A stretch of DNA of 39,924 nt. Source: a virus (Duplodnaviria; Caudoviricetes). The stretch covers positions 1 through 39,924 of IMG/VR virus record IMGVR_UViG_3300010398_000018, one strand, 5' to 3'. This document shows, in pieces, positions 35,530 to 39,924 of this stretch (the first letter of the stretch is position 1; each line of letters opens with the position of its first letter). The notes beneath the pieces were generated by a model. The model saw only the letters and a list, made by a program, of their open reading frames with translations. It was not told where the DNA came from and did no database searches. Both the position numbers and the translations under genes were made by a program.

Positions 35530-36512
35530 TTGCTGTTGATCCACCGATTGCTGTTAACGACAAGGTGCCTTCGATCTTGCAACAGACCGATTGGGAGTGT
35601 GGCATCTTCGACTTCCGCAGAGGCGAGCATCCCCAGACGGACTACTTCAACTGCGGTCTGGTGAGCAGGCCGGATGGGAACTGGTTGATGGTGCGACGGT
35701 CAGTGTGGAAGGACCGACTGATATTCGGGATGAACGACATTGTTGCGTTCCGGCTGGGTGGTCCCAACGGGTTGGTGCCGCAGATTGGCTACAAGGTCCG
35801 GTTCCTCAACACCAACACCAATGAGCAGTACGAGGATCCCCGGGTCATTTATCACAACGGCAAAACCTACGTGGCTTGCTGCAACTTCGTTTGGTATCGC
35901 ATCAAGAAGTGGACAGGGGCGCATCAGATTCTGGTGGTGTGCGATGACAAGTGGGATGTGAAGCAGCGGTTCGATCCACTCTATGGCAAGAATGGCAAGG
36001 GGCTGGGGCTGAACACGGGGCACGAGAAAAACTGGTTGTGGTTTTTCCACGACGACAAACTGCAATTGCTTTATGAAGCCCAGCCTCACACGGTGGTCGA
36101 GTTTGACTCTTACGTGCGCGTGGTTACGGTGCGCCGAACCGAAAGGAAACTGCCGTGGGCCTATGGCGAGATACGTGGTGGAACACCACCATTCCGAGTG
36201 GGATCAGAATATTTCACCTTCTTTCATTCTTCACTGCCATGGACAGCCAAATTCCGTCGTTACTTCATGGGGGCATATGCATTTGAAGCCCGTCCCCCAT
36301 TTTCAGTCACTCGAATTACACAGGAACCATTGCTCATCGGTAGCCAGCACGACTACTGGGTGGATAAAAAACCTTTAGTGGTATTCCCCTGTGGGTCACT
36401 GCTGCGCGACAATAGCTGGCTGGTCACACTGGGAGTCAACGATCTGAAGTGTGGCTGGATTGACATTCCTCACAAAGATTTGTTAAAGAGGATGACATGG
36501 CTAGGGGCATGA
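35526..36512 (+). CDS. Five-bladed beta-propeller glycosidase/phosphorylase-like protein (GH130/GH43-DUF377-like)
   Basis: YFNCGL, EDPRV, EKNW.WF, RGGTPP, FFHS, VVFPCG, LGVND motifs. Confidence 0.8.
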   Translation: MIAVDPPIAVNDKVPSILQQTDWECGIFDFRRGEHPQTDYFNCGLVSRPDGNWLMVRRSVWKDRLIFGMNDIVAFRLGGPNGLVPQIGYKVRFLNTNTNEQYEDPRVIYHNGKTYVACCNFVWYRIKKWTGAHQILVVCDDKWDVKQRFDPLYGKNGKGLGLNTGHEKNWLWFFHDDKLQLLYEAQPHTVVEFDSYVRVVTVRRTERKLPWAYGEIRGGTPPFRVGSEYFTFFHSSLPWTAKFRRYFMGAYAFEARPPFSVTRITQEPLLIGSQHDYWVDKKPLVVFPCGSLLRDNSWLVTLGVNDLKCGWIDIPHKDLLKRMTWLGA

Positions 36513-36850
36513 AATTCAACCGTGAAATGATGGAAGAGGCACTCAAGCGAAAGATTTTCGCGTGGGTCGATGGTGTGATGCGTGACATACTTCCCAACCA
36601 CCTGTATCAGACGGCCCATCGTGGCAATCCGATGGAGCGTGACCGTGCTAATCGGTGGCTCAAAGAAAAAGGATATCGGGTCGAAAGTTCAGATGACGGG
36701 GTCATCCGGGTATTCAAAGGCACCAAGGTTGTCCGGCAGACCAAACTGGTGCTGGAACTGGATGACCCGGAGGAACTGTTGCAAATCGCAGAAGTGGTGC
36801 AGCGACACGCCAAAGCAATTCAACCACCACCGTGGCAGCAAGACCAATGA
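36509..36850 (+). CDS. Hypothetical protein
   Basis: Coupled ORF starting MKFNREMM. Confidence 0.65.
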   Translation: MKFNREMMEEALKRKIFAWVDGVMRDILPNHLYQTAHRGNPMERDRANRWLKEKGYRVESSDDGVIRVFKGTKVVRQTKLVLELDDPEELLQIAEVVQRHAKAIQPPPWQQDQ

Positions 36851-37275
36851 ACCGTCGTAACTTTTTCAGATCATTGGCTATTGCTGCCGGGGCAGCGTCG
36901 GTTGCTCCACATCTGCTGGCAAAGGAGCCGATGCAGCAGTGGATGTATCTGAGCGAATTTCGTTTCGTGCCCCGGGATTATTACGGCACGTGGCGATTCA
37001 TCGTTTTTAAACGGGAGATTGATCGAAATGAAATTGTTAAACTGGCTACTGCGGAAGAAGCCGATCCACTTGGAAGTCGTGCGTGTCGAAGAGCACAAGT
37101 TGAGACTATCCAATTGGCAGATGGATCGACGGTTGTGCCATACTGCGTCGAAGGTTTTGGACAGCCCGGACTTCAAACTGATGCTGTCTGTGTTGAAGAA
37201 CGAAAGCCCAGCCAACACGGCATTGCCATACGGAGTTGGGTTCGACGACAGGGTGGTCCTGCAAGCACGGACTGA
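36847..37275 (+). CDS. Protein with twin-arginine (Tat)-like N-terminus
   Basis: MNRRNFFRSLAIAAGAASVAPHLLA; ATGA coupling. The 3' part overlaps the next gene. Confidence 0.45.
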   Translation: MNRRNFFRSLAIAAGAASVAPHLLAKEPMQQWMYLSEFRFVPRDYYGTWRFIVFKREIDRNEIVKLATAEEADPLGSRACRRAQVETIQLADGSTVVPYCVEGFGQPGLQTDAVCVEERKPSQHGIAIRSWVRRQGGPASTD

Positions 37276-37366
37276 GGGTTATCAGATGTGCCTCGCCAAT
37301 CTGGAGGCACTGGCGATCTGCACCGAGATTGATGTCCTGCCCGAGTCGGTTTTCGAGCCTGCCTGA
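37028..37366 (+). CDS. Hypothetical head-associated protein
   Basis: Helical ORF (..EGYQMCLANLEAL) directly before the scaffold gene. Confidence 0.7.
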   Translation: MKLLNWLLRKKPIHLEVVRVEEHKLRLSNWQMDRRLCHTASKVLDSPDFKLMLSVLKNESPANTALPYGVGFDDRVVLQARTEGYQMCLANLEALAICTEIDVLPESVFEPA

Positions 37367-37369
37367 AAA

Positions 37370-37414
37370 TGTGATGTTATCATACTTGACAACTTAGACG
37401 TTTATCGCTAAAGC
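37370..37414 (+). promoter_or_regulatory. Operator copy 5 abutting a -35 box
   Basis: TGTGATGTTATCATA-C-TTGACA-N17-TAAAGC. Confidence 0.65.
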
Positions 37415-37422
37415 CTGCCACT

Positions 37423-38685
37423 ATGGCAGCAGCAGTAGCACCTCCGATTGAAGCAAACGAAAACCCAGCGGGATCAAAAGAGGAAGTCAATTTCCGACAG
37501 GGAAGCTTATCAAAGTGGATGGCTGGACTCAAAGAGGCACTGCCGAATCCAGCACTTGGACAAGGAGGCGAGCCGGATCCAGATCAGGAAACTGAACCAC
37601 CTGCTGATACTCCAGCCACACCAGCCGAAAAGCCAGCCACACCTCCTGCGCCTGCAACGACACCTCCAACTAAACCTGCGGAAGCACCAAGTAAGCCTGC
37701 CGACGCTGCCCAACCCGCAGCCGAAGAGCGTTGGCCGAGGTCGGCCAAGGAGTGGAAAAACTTCACCCAATCACGAAAAGCCAAGGATGAACAATATGAA
37801 AAAACGATTGCAGACCGGGATGCCAAAATTAAAGACCTTGAAAGCAAAGCGTCCCAACCTGTCAGCCCGGAAGTCCAAAAAGAAATCGAGATACTGAGGA
37901 AGGAGAATGACGATTTCTCCAAGCAATTGCGACTGGTCGCAGTCACCAATCATCCACGGTTCCGCAGTTATTTCGAGAGCAAGACCAATGCGGCATTGTC
38001 CCAGCTAAGAGGCTGCGTTCCGGCAGAGAGGCTGGACACGGTCACCAAGCTTGTGCAGCAGCCGGACTCCGATGCCAAGAACGATCAGATCAACGAATTG
38101 TTGGGGGAATTGACTCCGGTGCAGCAGGGGAGGCTGTTCGGGGTCATCAATAACCTTTCTGCCATTCAGGCTGAGAAGGATTCTGAAATCGAACGGGCAC
38201 GAACGGACTATGACCAGATGATGGCACAGTCCAAAGCCCAGCAGGAACAGCAGAGGGCTGGGTTTACCAAGCTGCTGGATGACACCGTCAAATTGATGCA
38301 GGATGCCAAGGGGGGCAGGCCGGAATATCAGATGCGTGATGGGGAGGTCGAGTGGAACCAGTCCGTGCAAAGGCGCATCGACGCTGGGAAGGCTCTTATA
38401 GCAGGCAATCTTGCGCCGGAAGTGATGTTTAAAGCAGCCTTTGATGCCGCAGCCTACCCAGATGTGCTGGTTGGCTACCGGACGGCACTGGCCGAGGTGG
38501 AGAAGCTGCAGAAGCAGATTGCTGCGATGAGTGCAGCCAACCCGAGGATTGAACCTCAGAGGCGAGCCGAAACGTCCGGCACCGGGACCGAACCGCCGAT
38601 GCCCAAGGATATGCGTCCCATGGACTGGACCAAAAACTGGGTGAAGAAATTTGGTGAAGCCATGCGTGGCGAACAATCTTCCTGA
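37423..38685 (+). CDS. Capsid scaffolding protein
   Basis: Pro/Ala/Glu-rich N-terminus and coiled coils; directly upstream of the capsid gene. Confidence 0.7.
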   Translation: MAAAVAPPIEANENPAGSKEEVNFRQGSLSKWMAGLKEALPNPALGQGGEPDPDQETEPPADTPATPAEKPATPPAPATTPPTKPAEAPSKPADAAQPAAEERWPRSAKEWKNFTQSRKAKDEQYEKTIADRDAKIKDLESKASQPVSPEVQKEIEILRKENDDFSKQLRLVAVTNHPRFRSYFESKTNAALSQLRGCVPAERLDTVTKLVQQPDSDAKNDQINELLGELTPVQQGRLFGVINNLSAIQAEKDSEIERARTDYDQMMAQSKAQQEQQRAGFTKLLDDTVKLMQDAKGGRPEYQMRDGEVEWNQSVQRRIDAGKALIAGNLAPEVMFKAAFDAAAYPDVLVGYRTALAEVEKLQKQIAAMSAANPRIEPQRRAETSGTGTEPPMPKDMRPMDWTKNWVKKFGEAMRGEQSS

Positions 38686-38712
38686 CAGTCGAATGCAGTT
38701 CTAACCATAGGC

Positions 38713-38746
38713 ACCCCGGTGGCACACGACACCGGGGTTTTTCTTT
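38713..38746 (+). terminator. Rho-independent terminator
   Basis: accccggtg-gcacacga-caccggggt followed by ttttcttt. Confidence 0.8.
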
Positions 38747-38748
38747 CG

Positions 38749-38793
38749 TGTGATGATATCATACTTGACAGCAGAAGCCTTTTGCCGTAGGGG
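38749..38793 (+). promoter_or_regulatory. Operator copy 6 abutting the -35 box of the capsid promoter
   Basis: TGTGATGATATCATA-C-TTGACA-N17-TAGGGG. Confidence 0.65.
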
Positions 38794-38990
38794 TGATGAC
38801 AGAGCAGCACTCGCTCTGACATCACGGGTGCCATTGGCTGACTAAAATCCGGGTTCTACTTCAGCCTGCCGGGAGTGGTTCAGGACCACCTTCAAAAACC
38901 CTGTTTCCCAAAATCACGCTAGCGATCTGCTAACACACACACGGTGTGTTCCCAGCCTGTTAGCACCTAACCCTTTGATTTTTAGTCCGT

Positions 38991-39924
38991 ATGGCATGTT
39001 TAAGTCCGTTTGATGTCCTGCGAATGAGGACAGAAGATTTGGGTCCACAGCTTTACGTTCGTGGCTCCTTCAAAAACCCGTGGCTCAATTTGATTCCTCG
39101 GGATCAATGGCCTGTGGGTGCTGGTCTTGATCGTTCAGCATTCACAATTGGCCGAAGCGAACCTGCAACCGATGAAGAAACGTGGTCGGCAATTGCCGTC
39201 TCTTCCGGCGGCACTTTCACTGGCTCCTGTGCTGTTACTTATAACCAGACGTTCGTGGGGCATCTGGAGGTGCATTATAAGCCAGAGGAATTCGGTCTGC
39301 TGGGACCGTTGATCTGCCAAGACGATCTGACGTTGCACTGGAACAGTCAGGATTTTTGGGAAAAATATTTTCAGTCGCTCGAAAAAAGAAATTTGAAGTC
39401 GATCATCAATCGGCTTCAGAACATTTATCAGGACTACGTGCCTACTTGGGTGTGTCAAAACACGGCACCGTTTGCTCCTACTCCCGGGCTGTTCAATCTG
39501 GTCCAGCCACCTCCGTCCATCGTGGACCTTAACGGTGTGACTCCGGGGTCGATTGCAGCGGCACAAGCCTCGTGCAATCTCTCGCAGGACTTCCTCGATG
39601 ATATTGCTACCAACTTGTCTGAAGAGGGTGCTGATGAACCCAACACCAACGGGTGGATCACGCAAGGCCCGGAAGGCCCAATTTTCCCGCTGCTGATCGG
39701 ACAGGATGCGAGCAATCAAATCCTGCTCAACAATTCGGAACTGCGCCGGGATTACCGTTCTGCGTTTGAAGCGTTCGGTGATGCCAACCCAGTGATTCAG
39801 CGTCGTGGTTCGTCCCGGGTGATCAAAAACTTCCGGCACATGATCACACGATTCCCTCCACGCTGGGCATGGATGACTGCTGGCACCAAACAGGAACTGG
39901 TCCCCGGGACTTTGTTCACTGCGA
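38991..39924 (+). CDS. Major capsid protein (3'-truncated; not in ORF track)
   Basis: Hand translation MACLSPFDVLRMRTEDLGPQLYVRGSFKNPWLNLIPRDQWPVGAG...GPLICQDDL..., apparently open to the window end; follows the scaffold and has its own promoter. Confidence 0.8.
   Translation, partial: MACLSPFDVLRMRTEDLGPQLYVRGSFKNPWLNLIPRDQWPVGAGLDRSAFTIGRSEPATDEETWSAIAVSSGGTFTGSCAVTYNQTFVGHLEVHYKPEEFGLLGPLICQDDLTLHWNSQDFWEKYFQSLEKRNLKSIINRLQNIYQDYVPTWVCQNTAPFAPTPGLFNLVQPPPSIVDLNGVTPGSIAAAQASCNLSQDFLDDIATNLSEEGADEPNTNGWITQGPEGPIFPLLIGQDASNQILLNNSELRRDYRSAFEAFGDANPVIQRRGSSRVIKNFRHMITRFPPRWAWMTAGTKQELVPGTLFTA

Noticed and set aside
15547-39839. Long minus-strand ORFs within the structural region (e.g. 23651..24550, 27137..28135, 32165..33043, 39135..39839)
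   Set aside because: Antisense shadows of well-supported, translationally coupled plus-strand genes.

Overview
About 40 kb of a temperate, short-tailed (podovirus-like) dsDNA phage, apparently in its excised or free form. From left to right: (1) a 5'-truncated tyrosine integrase next to an attP whose core is the 3' half of a tRNA-Ala(CGC); (2) a leftward array of small early genes, including a Gp88-like protein, with repeated leader motifs and CCCGGG hairpins; (3) a divergent control or terminus region with a possible small terminase; (4) rightward small genes; (5) a ~0.7 kb promoter-driven non-coding region that folds into a chain of about 9-10 long hairpins, a candidate novel large structured RNA; (6) a lipoprotein with a Verrucomicrobia-style C-terminal motif, which is a host clue; (7) an inverted large terminase; (8) tail and ejection genes and the portal; (9) an ATP-grasp / glycosyltransferase / two methyltransferases / glycosidase-like cassette embedded in the head module; (10) scaffold and a 3'-truncated major capsid protein preceded by a structured leader. 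A 15-bp palindromic operator recurs six times. All calls come from reading motifs and synteny by eye; no database searches or folding programs were run.
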